From: an uncultured bacterium
GTDB taxonomy: Bacteria > Margulisbacteria > WOR-1 > CAVSGV01
DNA: 64,000 bases
NCBI GenBank assembly: GCA_963727815.1
Contig: CAVSGV010000006.1
Location: forward strand, 336,851-400,850
Direction of reading: 5' to 3'
The position numbers were made by a program, and so were the translations under genes. The notes beneath the pieces are model-generated. The model searched no databases, was not told the DNA's origin, and saw only the letters and a list, made by a program, of their open reading frames with translations. Below are positions 12,120 to 22,382 of the stretch, piece by piece (the stretch's first letter is position 1; every line of letters starts with the position of its first letter).

Positions 12120-12376
12120 GACTTGGCCTTTTCCTCTCCGCCCTGCTGCTTCTGGGCGGAGGCTTGCTTCTGCTTCTTCGCCTCTTTCTTCGATGCTTTG
12201 GATTCAACGTTGATGACCATTCTTCCCTGATATGTTCCGCAATTCGGGCAGGCGTGATGTGAAAGCACGGGGGAGCCGCACTGCGTGCATTTTCCCAGGT
12301 TCAGCGGCTTCAGCTTCCAGTTTGCTCTCCTTGTCCTTGTTCTCGTGTTGGAGTGTCTTTTTTTGGGTACCGGCAT
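12116..12376 (-). CDS. rpmF: 50S ribosomal protein L32 with Lys/Gln-rich C-terminal extension
   Basis: MPVPKKRHS..., CTQCG...HHACPNCGTY zinc ribbon; yceD-rpmF-plsX-fabH order. Confidence 0.95.
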   Translation of the reverse strand: MPVPKKRHSNTRTRTRRANWKLKPLNLGKCTQCGSPVLSHHACPNCGTYQGRMVINVESKASKKEAKKQKQASAQKQQGGEEKAKS

Positions 12377-12377
12377 T

Positions 12378-12899
12378 TTATTTTTCCTCCTTCGCTCCGC
12401 TTCGGAGGACTAGCCTCCCTAGCTTTTCGAGTCTTGGATCGACCTTCTTCTTTTTTTCTGTTGACGGAGAGGGCAGCTTGCATGACTTTTTGCAGAGCGG
12501 CTTTATCGGCAGAGCTACTATAATGTTCTGCCGTATCGCTTCGTCAAGGTCAATGATATTGTTCTCGCTTATCTCAAAAACAAAATCCTTGTCCTTAAGC
12601 TCCACTTCTTCCCCGGGTTCGCACGCTTCGCAGGAGCCCTTTTTAGCATATTCCTCGTCTATTTTGACGTCCACGGGATACTCAAAATCTTTCAGGCACC
12701 GGCAGCAAGTGAGCATGGCCTTGGTCTTAAGCGTTCCTGAAACAAGTACAACATCATCACCGGTATTTGTCAGCTTAATATCTACCTCGACCGGCGAAGA
12801 CAACGCCAGGCCATCTTCCTTAAGGTTTAAAGTCTCGCTCTCGTCTATTTTGAGTACAGCTCCGAAGCTTTTTAAAAGTTCAGAGACATCGATTTTCAT
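12378..12899 (-). CDS. yceD: DUF177/YceD family protein
   Basis: CCRCL, LPIKPLCKKSC, DPRLEKL; lies upstream of rpmF. Confidence 0.9.
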   Translation of the reverse strand: MKIDVSELLKSFGAVLKIDESETLNLKEDGLALSSPVEVDIKLTNTGDDVVLVSGTLKTKAMLTCCRCLKDFEYPVDVKIDEEYAKKGSCEACEPGEEVELKDKDFVFEISENNIIDLDEAIRQNIIVALPIKPLCKKSCKLPSPSTEKKKKVDPRLEKLGRLVLRSGAKEEK

Positions 12900-12903
12900 A
12901 AAA

Positions 12904-12943
12904 CCCACCTTCGTCCCGCCGCAGCGGGACTTCGGCGGACAAG
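12904..12943. repeat. Short REP-like palindrome (CCCACCTTCGTCCCGCCGCAGCGGGACTTCGGCGGACAAG)
   Basis: Nested stem GTCCCGC/GCGGGAC in the yceD leader. Confidence 0.55.
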
Positions 12944-12995
12944 CAAACAGTTGGCAATTATAGGGTCGTATAGGGTGCTTGTCAAGGTGACAAAG

Positions 12996-13032
12996 AAAAA
13001 GCCGCCTTAAGGGTTTGCCTTAAAGCGGCTCT
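12996..13032 (-). terminator. Rho-independent terminator after the lipoprotein gene
   Basis: AGCCGC(C)TTAAGG...CCTTAA(A)GCGGCT stem with an A-run that reads as a U-tract on the minus strand. Confidence 0.7.
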
Positions 13033-13048
13033 TGAGTGATCATTAGTA

Positions 13049-14148
13049 TTAGTTGGTCTGTACAGCTATGAAGTTTTCAGGCGTATCCCCGACCGCGTTG
13101 GTTATTGCCATGATCACATATTTATTGTCAATCTTACAGATAAGCATCCTTGATGTTTGATGCGCATAATTATCGGTAATGAATCCCTGGAAAACGCCGT
13201 TCGACATTTGAGAGTTTATCTCAGCGTAACTCCGGTAGTAGCATAATCCGGGGCTTCATTCGTGGCTATATCGTCGTACATTCCTCCGTGAAGCCATCCA
13301 TTGGCCTCAAAAGTAGCTCCGACCGGGATGGTCATTGTGTTTCCGCCGCCGCTGTAATCATATTTGAACAGAACCCCTCTGTATGTTTTTGATTTTACGT
13401 CAGCAATATCTATGCCAGTACTGTTGCTTACTCCGGCAAAACCGCCGCGATCTGAACCGTTATCGCCGATGAATATTCCAGAAGGAGTCATGAACACTTC
13501 AAGCGAAGAACCGCTGGAAGAGAACGTGCCGTTGTTATATGAGAAACCGGTCTCGACCGTTGTCCCATCAGTGAAGACCGCATCGTTGATAGTGTAACTC
13601 CTTACGTCAAATGTTGAAACGGAACTGGTCGAAGTAACTTCAACCGTGCCATACGCGGGAGAATTTACACTCCAGCCGGCCCCGCCATAAGGCATTTGAA
13701 TGAAATTATACTGCCCTGTGGGCGGGAGCGAGGATGCTGCTGCCGCGCAAACTATCAAACGGTCGGAGCTGGACCCGCTCGTGGAAGTGATAGGCTTTAC
13801 TAGGAGCATTGTGTTCGGTATCTCAAGGAAATATGCCTGGGAGCCGACAGTGCAGTCGGTCGTATTGGATGAGCTTATTGTCGCTTTGCAGAAACCGCTT
13901 GGAAGTGAAGTGTAAGTCCCCGAAAGATTCCAGTTCTTGGTGCTGTTGACCGCCGAGAAAGTGTTGTCGCTATTAACGCTCCACGACCAGACGTCGCCGG
14001 GGCTTTGTGTTCCATTGTACGATCTGAGAGCCGCAGCCGTCGATCCGTTAGAGTTGCTCGTCGGATTCGCGCCGCAGCCGTATAAGAACGCCAAACCTAC
14101 TATCAAAGCTCCTGAAATGAGGAAAGCGAACAATTGTCTTTTTTTCAT
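13049..14148 (-). CDS. Ser/Thr-rich hypothetical lipoprotein (one frameshift near 13222)
   Basis: Lipobox LYGC after a hydrophobic signal; reading continues in another frame EINSQMSNGVFQGFI...FIAVQTN* to 13049, just before the terminator. Confidence 0.75.
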
Positions 14149-14203
14149 TTTATATTCCCCCTTTTGGCGAGTGAGATTATAGACCTGTTAAACTAATAGT
14201 CAA

Positions 14204-15109
14204 CTACCTTGCCCTGGGATGCGCCTTGTCGTAGATCGATTTCAATTTTTCTTTTGTCAGATGTGTGTATATCTGCGTCGTTGAGAGCGATGAATGGCCC
14301 AGAAGCTCCTGCACTATCTTGAGATCCGCTCCTCCCTCGAGCAGATGCGTGGCGAAAGAATGCCGCAAAGTGTGAGGCGTTACCTTCTTCGATATCCCCG
14401 CCTTTTTCGCGTACTTCTTTATCATCCGCTCCATGGAACGGCTTGTCAGCTTTGTCCCGCCCCGCCCGAAGAACAAAATCTTTTCTCCTCTTTGTCCTGA
14501 GCTTGCCGAAGGATTGGGCCTGATATTAAGATATTTTTTTATTGAATCGATGGCATGCGAGCCTATCAAAACCATGCGTTCCTTGTCGCCCTTGCCCTGG
14601 ACAAGCACCTCGCCGCCTTCAAGATCGAGATCGCCCGTCCTCAGCTTCGCTATTTCACCCACCCTCATTCCGGAAGAATATATCAGCTCCAGTATCGCCA
14701 GGTCCCTGACGCCGTTCCTTTTCTTAAGATCGATGCAGTCAAGAAGCTTCACCACTTCGTCCGGATAAAGGAAGGACGGCAGCCTCTTGCCAAGTTTGGG
14801 AGTAAGAATATGCTCAAAAGGATTGAGCTTTATCTTCCCCTCCCTGAAAAGGTATCTGAAAAAAGCCCTGCAGGACGATATCTTCCTTGCCACAGATTTT
14901 TTTGAGAGGTTCTTCAGTTCAAGATAGCGCAGGTAACCGCGGGCGAAAACGGGATCTATCCTTTGCGGGTTCTCGAAGAGCGAACCTTTGCCCGCGACGA
15001 ACCCGTCGAATTGCTGGATGTCGCGAACGTACGCTAGCACGGAATGCGGCGAAAGGTTAAGCTCTGCTCTCAGATAAGAACGGAAGGGTTCAATGTAGCT
15101 TTTTATCAT
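14204..15109 (-). CDS. xerC: Tyrosine recombinase XerC/XerD
   Basis: RDLAILELIYSSGMRVGE, GKGDKER, TPHTLRHSFATHLLEGGADL, LLGHSSLSTTQIYTH, HPRA. Confidence 0.9.
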   Translation of the reverse strand: MIKSYIEPFRSYLRAELNLSPHSVLAYVRDIQQFDGFVAGKGSLFENPQRIDPVFARGYLRYLELKNLSKKSVARKISSCRAFFRYLFREGKIKLNPFEHILTPKLGKRLPSFLYPDEVVKLLDCIDLKKRNGVRDLAILELIYSSGMRVGEIAKLRTGDLDLEGGEVLVQGKGDKERMVLIGSHAIDSIKKYLNIRPNPSASSGQRGEKILFFGRGGTKLTSRSMERMIKKYAKKAGISKKVTPHTLRHSFATHLLEGGADLKIVQELLGHSSLSTTQIYTHLTKEKLKSIYDKAHPRAR

Positions 15110-15541
15110 CAGAGACCATAAACGTGTTTTTTATCTGGCGTAAGTTCGATATACTTCCCTTTTTCCTTTACCCACTCTACGCGCTCGGGAACTTCCCGAA
15201 GATCGATGTGCACCGTGCCGTCATCAACGTTCAGCCCCAGGCCTTTTATTTCCGGCACTTCACGCGCCATCACAAAAAGGTCCTGCGGCTTTACGCCGTC
15301 CACGAATATATGAGCGGCCTTTCCATATATATGGAAGCTTTTCCTGCCGCCGCCAAGCCTTTCGTTCTCCGCCTCGCACCTGAAGGCCGCTTTGACCTTC
15401 ACGGGCTTGTTCACGAGCGAGTCTATAGCTTCCAGCGCGCCCACAAGGCCAAGGTGTATCTTGTATTCCTTGCCTGGTTTTACACGCTTCGCATCTGCAG
15501 AAAAAATCCTGGTGGTTGAAGTGTTCGCTAAGGTTTCCCAC
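15109..15541 (-). CDS. Peptidase M15A/YcbK-like D-Ala-D-Ala carboxypeptidase family (one frameshift)
   Basis: MGNLSEHFNHQDFFCRC, AFRCEAENERLGG..KSFHIYGKAAHI, VHIDLR. Confidence 0.8.
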
Positions 15542-15620
15542 GTGGACATTTTAACATACCGATGATATACTTGCCTCAATTTTTTTAAGCCACGCCACAG
15601 GCGGGCAGGGAGGAAAACAA

Positions 15621-16817
15621 ATGGCAAAACATAAATACCTTTTCACGTCGGAATCCGTAACGGAAGGGCATCCGGACAAAATGTGCGACCAGATATCGGA
15701 CGCGGTCCTGGATGCGATAATAAAGAAGGACCCGCCGGCGAGGGTCGCATGCGAATCGTTCACCACCAACGGGCTTGTCCTGGTGGCGGGCGAGATCACG
15801 ACCGGGACATACGTTGACATCCCCAACATCGTAAGAGGTACGATAAAGGACATCGGCTATGTCAGCCGCGAGATCGGCTTTGATTACGAAACATGCGGCG
15901 TCATGGTCTCCATCAAGGAACAATCCAGCGACATCGCGATGGGCGTTGACAAGTCGCTTGAAACAAAAGGCGGAGAGGTCGTTCATGAAGACCTGATGAA
16001 GCTCGGGGCAGGGGACCAGGGCCTGATGTTCGGCTACGCGTCTGACGAGACCGTGGAGCTTATGCCCTTGCCTATTACGCTCGCCCAGAAACTCGCAAAG
16101 AGGCTCGCCGAAGTCAGGAAAAAAGGGATCATCCCTTATCTGCGTCCGGACGGAAAATCACAAGTCACGGTCGAGTATGAAGGCGATAAACCCATCCGCG
16201 TGGACAGCGCGCTCATCGCGGCCCAGCACAACCCGAACGTCAGCCACGCAAAGATCAAAGCTGACATAATAAAACACGTCATCAAGCACGTTATCCCGGA
16301 AAAATATCTCGATAAGAACACCACGTATTATGTCAATCCTACAGGAAGGTTCGTCATAGGCGGACCCCAGGGCGATACCGGTCTCACCGGGCGCAAGATC
16401 ATCATCGATACTTACGGCGGCAGCGCGCGTCACGGCGGCGGAGCTTTCTCCGGAAAAGACCCGACAAAGGTGGACCGCTCTGGCTCCTACATGATGAGAT
16501 ATGTCGCGAAGAACATCGTTGCGGCAGGACTGGCCAACAGGTGCGAGGTCCAGGTTGCATACGCGATCGGCGTCGCGAAACCGCTTTCTGTTTCGGTCAA
16601 TACTTTCGGGACCGGCAAGGTGGCGGACGAGAAGATAAACAAGCTCATCGAGGAGAATTTCGATTTCAGGCCCGGAATGATAATCAAGGAACTTGATCTG
16701 AGAAGGCCAATATACAGACAAGTTGCGGCCTACGGACATTTCGGAAGGAACGACCTGGACCTTACCTGGGAGAAGACGGACAAGGCGAAGCTCCTGCGAA
16801 AAGCCGCCGGACTGTAA
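15621..16817 (+). CDS. metK: S-adenosylmethionine synthetase
   Basis: [42 protein letters not shown]. Confidence 0.98.
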   Translation: MAKHKYLFTSESVTEGHPDKMCDQISDAVLDAIIKKDPPARVACESFTTNGLVLVAGEITTGTYVDIPNIVRGTIKDIGYVSREIGFDYETCGVMVSIKEQSSDIAMGVDKSLETKGGEVVHEDLMKLGAGDQGLMFGYASDETVELMPLPITLAQKLAKRLAEVRKKGIIPYLRPDGKSQVTVEYEGDKPIRVDSALIAAQHNPNVSHAKIKADIIKHVIKHVIPEKYLDKNTTYYVNPTGRFVIGGPQGDTGLTGRKIIIDTYGGSARHGGGAFSGKDPTKVDRSGSYMMRYVAKNIVAAGLANRCEVQVAYAIGVAKPLSVSVNTFGTGKVADEKINKLIEENFDFRPGMIIKELDLRRPIYRQVAAYGHFGRNDLDLTWEKTDKAKLLRKAAGL

Positions 16818-16836
16818 AGATCAGATTTTATATTCA

Positions 16837-16875
16837 GGGCTCAAGGCTGGAAGGTCTTGAGCCTTGTTTTTTTTT
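16837..16875 (+). terminator. Rho-independent terminator after metK
   Basis: GGCTCAAG...CTTGAGCC stem followed by a T-run. Confidence 0.8.
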
Positions 16876-16928
16876 GGCGCATAAAGTGCCTCTGTAAAGT
16901 TACTTTTTGATGTGATATAAATATTGAT

Positions 16929-18302
16929 ATGCAGAAAAGGATCATCGAAGGCACGGTCATTTTTATCTCCGTCCTCAAATGGGTTTTTCTTTCGACAATT
17001 ATTGGCGTGGTAGTCGGCATATCCACCACCATATTCATCAAACTGCTCAACGCGAGCATCACATATTCGTCAGCCTATCCGTATTATTACCTTTTTCTTC
17101 CGGTCGCTTTCTTCATAAGCGCTTTACTTGTCGATGTCCTGGCAAAAGATGCCGCCGGGCACGGCACGGAAAAGGTCATCGAAGCCGTCCACAAACGTTC
17201 CGGCAGGATCAATGCTGCCGTAGTACCTGTAAAGTTGATCGCGACGATAATCACTCTGGCTGCTGGAGGCTCAGCCGGGAAAGAAGGTCCGTGCGCGCAG
17301 ATTGGCGGCGGTTTGTCATCCATATTCGCCGATATTTTCAGGTTCGGGGACAAGGACAGGAGAAAACTTGTAATTTGCGGCATAAGTGCGGGATTCGCTT
17401 CGGTTTTTGGCACGCCGATAGCAGGAGCCATCTTCGGAGTCGAAGTCCTTTTTGTCGGCTCCATCCTCTACGACGTTCTTCTGCCGTCGTTCATCGCAGG
17501 GGTAACGGCATATCACGTATCAACTTATTTCGGAGTGGCGTATTTCAACGCTCCTCTGAACTTTGTGCCGGTCTTTTCCGAATCATTCTTTCTCATCGTG
17601 ATACTATCGGGCATCTTCTTCGGCTTGTGTTCTTTTTTCATGATCGAGGTGATGAGGTTCTTTGATTCACTCGCAAAAAAGATCAAGATGTGGGACCCGC
17701 TTAAAGGCCTGATCGGCGGGTTCTCCCTTATTTTGCTGACCGTGCTATTTTCGGGACATTACCTCGGTCTCGGGCTGGATACTATCCTTTCATGCCTTCA
17801 CGGCTCCGTCGTGCCGTGGTACTCTTTCATCGTCAAGACGGTCTTCACATCCATCACTCTCGCTTTCGGCGGAAGCGGCGGCATCATTACTCCGATATTT
17901 TTTGTGGGTGCGACGGCGGGAAGCTTTTTCGCGCACCTGTTGCATCAGGATGCGGCGACTTTCGCGGCGATCGGGTTCCTCAGTCTGCTTGCGGGAGCGG
18001 CGAATACGCCAATTGCCGCCAGCATCATGGCTGTTGAACTCTTCGGTCCCCAGGTAGCTTCTTACGCGGCGGTGGCATGCGTCATCAGCTTTCTTATGAC
18101 GGGGCACAGGAGCGTTTATCCGTCCCAGATATTGAGCATGACGAAATCTGCGTCCCTGAACGCGGACATCGGCAAGAACATCGAGGAAGCTCATGCCACT
18201 TTCAATAAAAGGGAACAGGGTCTCATAATGAGGATGTGGCGATTGATAAAGATCGGCTTAAGGCAGGGTCCGCCATCGGAAGATATAAAAAAGCAGGATT
18301 AG
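16929..18302 (+). CDS. CLC-family chloride channel/antiporter
   Basis: GGSAGKEGP, FGTPIAGAIFGVE, GGSGGIITPIFFVGA; many transmembrane segments. Confidence 0.92.
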   Translation: MQKRIIEGTVIFISVLKWVFLSTIIGVVVGISTTIFIKLLNASITYSSAYPYYYLFLPVAFFISALLVDVLAKDAAGHGTEKVIEAVHKRSGRINAAVVPVKLIATIITLAAGGSAGKEGPCAQIGGGLSSIFADIFRFGDKDRRKLVICGISAGFASVFGTPIAGAIFGVEVLFVGSILYDVLLPSFIAGVTAYHVSTYFGVAYFNAPLNFVPVFSESFFLIVILSGIFFGLCSFFMIEVMRFFDSLAKKIKMWDPLKGLIGGFSLILLTVLFSGHYLGLGLDTILSCLHGSVVPWYSFIVKTVFTSITLAFGGSGGIITPIFFVGATAGSFFAHLLHQDAATFAAIGFLSLLAGAANTPIAASIMAVELFGPQVASYAAVACVISFLMTGHRSVYPSQILSMTKSASLNADIGKNIEEAHATFNKREQGLIMRMWRLIKIGLRQGPPSEDIKKQD

Positions 18303-18327
18303 GATAACTCGGATTTGTTGAGCCTTG

Positions 18328-19683
18328 TTATCTCTCTGCCTCTAAAGTACCCGTTAATTGCGGCACATAAAATACCGGCACCACGGGTTTTATCACGCGG
18401 TTGTAGATGTCATACAGCCCCCACATGCCATAATCTTCCGGCCTTGGAACATACGCGGTGGGAGACATATCTGCCCCCTTTATTAGCGCATCGACCAGGT
18501 CCTGGCTTGGAGGCTTATATACATATATATATGTAAGGACTTTCCTCATAGCCGAAGCCAGCTTCCACCCGTCATATGTCACAAGCAGTGCGTTGCTCAC
18601 CGGCGCTTCATAGCCGTTCATCGGATAATTAACCACCTGGCCGTCCACGTACATGGTGCTGGCGTGTCCGCCGTCCAGGCCCACCGCATTGTCCGCGCCC
18701 GCCTCTTTCATTATTTCCGCCAGATCATCATAGGTCACGCCGATGCTCAGCGGATATCTTCCATCAACGACCACGAACAATAGTTCTCCGTCCTTTGTGA
18801 CGCCGAGCGCCGTCCTGGAATTCGGGGGAAGTATGTCGCCGGTGAATTTCTCGCTCTTGATACTTTCACCGTGGATCGCCTGTCCATCGCGCACAAGGAG
18901 CGGGCCTCCAGTTATCGCCTGCTGCACGTCCTTCCACTGGTCGGCAAGATCATAGATCAGACCCAGCCGGTCGCCGACCCGGGTCTTGGAGGCGAAATCT
19001 TTGCTCCATCCGTGAAGAGAGACAACAAAACCGTCCTTCGGGATCGACGAATCGCCGCTCGATATTTCTGTGACGATGCCGGATGCATCCACGACCAGTT
19101 CCTTCCCGGCCTTGTTCGTCCTTGTGCAGCCGCCGTACTCGTCGGTGAAGACCACGACCTCGTCCTTTTTCCGCGGCCGGTTCACGCCCCATATCGGAAC
19201 GCTTTTCTTGTTCTCAAGGTTCAGCGCATAGCCTTTTATTTTCGGGATGCCGAAGATAACTTTCTTTGCCGCTGTTATTCCGACCGTTGTCCGCTCCAGT
19301 ATCGACTTGTTCACCACTTCCCCGTCAATGATCATGAATCCCACCGGCAGGTGGAGTTTTTTTCTCGCCTCGAAGAACGACCCGTTTATCGCCGCAATAG
19401 CATTGCATCTCCGGGCCATTCTGCTGGTGCGCTCCAGGCTTCCGATGGTCCCTTTGGCCAGCTCGGGTTTCACGCTTATTTTCCGGTTATTAAGATCGAT
19501 CCTGATAATGTGAATGTGGAGATATCCGCCCGGCATGGTTTTTTTGATGTGCTGGTAGACAATGCCGGGGACGATTTTTTTTGTCCATTCGGAGCGGCAG
19601 GGAGATTCGGCGTAAGAAGCGAGAGAGAAGATCACCAGGAGAAGAAAGGACCTTATCAGCAGGTCATTTATTCTGGATGTCAT
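18328..19683 (-). CDS. Phosphodiester glycosidase (NAGPA-like) family secreted protein
   Basis: AAINGSFF, GGPLLVRDG, RTALG, VVDGR, LDGGHAS. Confidence 0.85.
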   Translation of the reverse strand: MTSRINDLLIRSFLLLVIFSLASYAESPCRSEWTKKIVPGIVYQHIKKTMPGGYLHIHIIRIDLNNRKISVKPELAKGTIGSLERTSRMARRCNAIAAINGSFFEARKKLHLPVGFMIIDGEVVNKSILERTTVGITAAKKVIFGIPKIKGYALNLENKKSVPIWGVNRPRKKDEVVVFTDEYGGCTRTNKAGKELVVDASGIVTEISSGDSSIPKDGFVVSLHGWSKDFASKTRVGDRLGLIYDLADQWKDVQQAITGGPLLVRDGQAIHGESIKSEKFTGDILPPNSRTALGVTKDGELLFVVVDGRYPLSIGVTYDDLAEIMKEAGADNAVGLDGGHASTMYVDGQVVNYPMNGYEAPVSNALLVTYDGWKLASAMRKVLTYIYVYKPPSQDLVDALIKGADMSPTAYVPRPEDYGMWGLYDIYNRVIKPVVPVFYVPQLTGTLEAER

Positions 19684-22382
19684 TTATTCTTTGAGCGTAG
19701 ATGTCGTAGCTGCCGTACCTGTAATCTGTCCAAACGATGACCGCTCCGCCGTACCCGTCATCCACCAGCTGAGGATTCCTCGCCCCGCCGTCGGTCGCGC
19801 AGACAGCTATGCCGTCCTTTATCCACATTGCTTCGCCAGACCCCGATATTTTCTGGGCGTAAATGTTGTAGCTCTTGTTGTTCCTGTAATCTTCCCAAAC
19901 GATGACAGATGCTTCATCGGTGCTTTTGATTATTTGCGGCGCGTATTGAGTTCCTCTCTGCCGCGCAAACGGGAACGCCGTCCTTCGTCCAGACCTGCTT
20001 GCCGTCATTATCTATGCGCTGGGCATAAATGTCCCAGTTCAAATTCCTGTAATCTTCCCATGTTATTGTGGCGCCGCCGTCTCCGTTCAGGACAAGCTTT
20101 GGCGCGATCTGGGTGTTCGGCGCGGTGCATACGGGAATGCCGTCGCATTGCCAGGCCACAGTCCCATCCTTTAATATTTTTTGCGCATATATGTCGTAGT
20201 TGCCTCCGCCGTTGTCTTCCCAGGCTATTATGACCTCTCCGCTGACGGCAATATCCGGGTTCCTTTGCGTTTCCGGAGCGCGGCAGACAGCAAGCCCGGA
20301 CAGATCCCATATAACATCTCCCGCGCTGTTTATTCTCTGGGCGTATATATCCGGAGTGTTAAGGTTCTTCTGGTACTCCACCCACGTCACTACCGCGCCG
20401 CCCATTCCGTCATACGCGATCTTTAATCCGATCTGCACGCTGGAGCTTGTGCTGAGGTCCACTCCGTCGATCTTCCAGTGCGGCGATCCGTTCTTGTCCA
20501 CATTTTGCGCGAACACGTCGTATAGTTCTTCGCCTTTTCTCGCGTCCTGCCATGCGATTATCGCTCCGCCTTTGCCGTTCCTGCATATCTGAGGATTGAT
20601 CCTGCTGCCGTCAGCCTGGCAGATGATGACTCCGTTGTCGTTCCACATCCTGCTGCCGTCTGATGCCAGCCTCTGGGCATATATGGTCGTGGAGCTGCCC
20701 GCCCTTGAATCTTCCCATACCAGGATGGCTCCGCCGTTGTCATCGCCGACCAGCTGCGGGTTCATCTGATCGCAATCGTATGCGCAGACCCTCACGCCTT
20801 CTATGTCCCAGAGCAGCTTTCCTTTGTTGTTCACTTTCTGCGCGTAAAGGTTCGAATATCCGTTCCTGTAATCCTCCCAAGCGATCACATATTCATCCTT
20901 GCCGGTCTTCGTGATCTTTGGTTTTTGCTGTGTTACGGACCCGAATCCCAGTACCAGGTTCACTCCGTTAGCTGTCCACTGGGCCGCGCCGCTCATGTCG
21001 GTTCCCTGCGCGTAAACGTCAAGGCCGCCCTGCCGCTTGTCCTGCCAGACGAACACACAGCTGCCTGTCCCAGACACTGCCACCTGCGGGAACTCGCCTC
21101 CGCTGCCGCCGTTGCAGATGGTCTTTCCGTCCGGAGCCCAAAGAGCTTTTCCATCGCGGTTCACCCTTCGAGCGAAAATAGATGAGGATGGATTCCTCTG
21201 ATCCTCCCATACGATCACGGCGCCGCCATCGCCGTCCGGAGCTATTTTCGGATTAAGCTGGTCGCCCGGCGCTTCGCATATTGAAACGCCGAACTTGTCC
21301 CACACCGGAGTTCCTGTCGCGGACATTTTCTGGCAGAATATGTCCGAGTTGCCCGTGCCGTTCCTGAAGTCCGTCCAAACGATGACCGATCCGCCGGAAC
21401 CGTCGCCGACGATCTGCGGTTTTTCCTGGTTCCCAACTACATCGCAAACCACTGCGCCGTTAACTTTCCATAGCGACCGCCCCGTCTGATCAAAACTTTG
21501 CGCGTAGATGTCCGCGTTCCCGTTCCTGAAATCCTGCCACGTTATGACGAAAGCATCCGTTGAGGTTGAGGCGATCTGGCAATACTCCTGGTTTTCCGGC
21601 GCGGCGCACACGGGGATGCCGTTCCCCTGCCACAACGACTTGCCAGTCCCATCGATCCTCTGAGCATAAATGTCATAATCCCCGTTCCTGTTGTCATCCC
21701 AGCAGATGACCGCGCCTCCGTGGCCGTCGGCCGCTATCTCGGGATACCATTGTGTTCCATCCGCAACGCATACCGGAACGCCGTCCATCTGCCACTCGTT
21801 GGTCCCGCTCGAAGTCATCCTCTGCGCGTAAATATCCTCGCCCTTTCCCGACCTGTAATCGTACCAGGTGATCAACGCGCCTCCCGCGTCATCGCTGCAT
21901 AGCTGCGGCGCCAGCTGGTTGCCCGGAGCCTTGCAGACAGGCACTCCGCCGTCCGCCCAGAGCATGTTCCCATCCTCATCAACCTTCTGGGCGTAAATAT
22001 CGGCGGAATCGTTCCTGAAATCCTGCCACGCGATGATGGCATCGGATGATCCCGACAATATTATCTGGGGCGCTGTCTGATTCTTATCGAACTGGCAGAC
22101 CGCTACTCCGTCGTCTCCCCAGAGTTTAGTTCCGTCATCGCTCAATCTCTGAGCGTATATGTCGGTATAGCCGTTGCGAAAATCTTCCCAGACGATGATC
22201 GACGAACCGTCTTTAAGCATGACCGCTTTTGGATTCTGTCTTATGCTCCTGCCCTGAGAATTGTTTATGACTATGCCGTTCTTGAGCCAGAGGCCCTGGC
22301 CGGTCAAAGCGCCGCCGTTCTCCTGCGCCAACGCAGGAGATACCATCAGAGAGAGGATCAAGAGTGTGATCAGTTCAAACAT
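19664..22382 (-). CDS. Secreted multi-repeat beta-propeller-like protein (frameshift near 19950)
   Basis: Signal peptide followed by about 15 repeats of W.D.R...DIYAQ....G...W...G..VC...Q..P; the C-terminal repeats continue in the ORF ending at 19664. Confidence 0.85.

Noticed and set aside
14204-15109. XerC as an integron integrase or prophage integrase for the cassette array
   Set aside because: It has canonical chromosomal Xer motifs and length, no IntI-specific insertion, and lies about 34 kb from the array.
15545-15620. SAM riboswitch upstream of metK
   Set aside because: The spacer is only about 80 nt, is shared with a divergent promoter and has no S-box core.
16876-16928. Fluoride riboswitch before the CLC gene
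   Set aside because: No GGCGATG..CGCC-type core is present and the protein lacks fluoride-CLC motifs.
20080-20100. 'RLRSGQA' REP-like peptide in a plus-strand ORF
   Set aside because: It is antisense to a regular repeat of the propeller protein (PKLVLNGDGGA), so it is probably coincidental.
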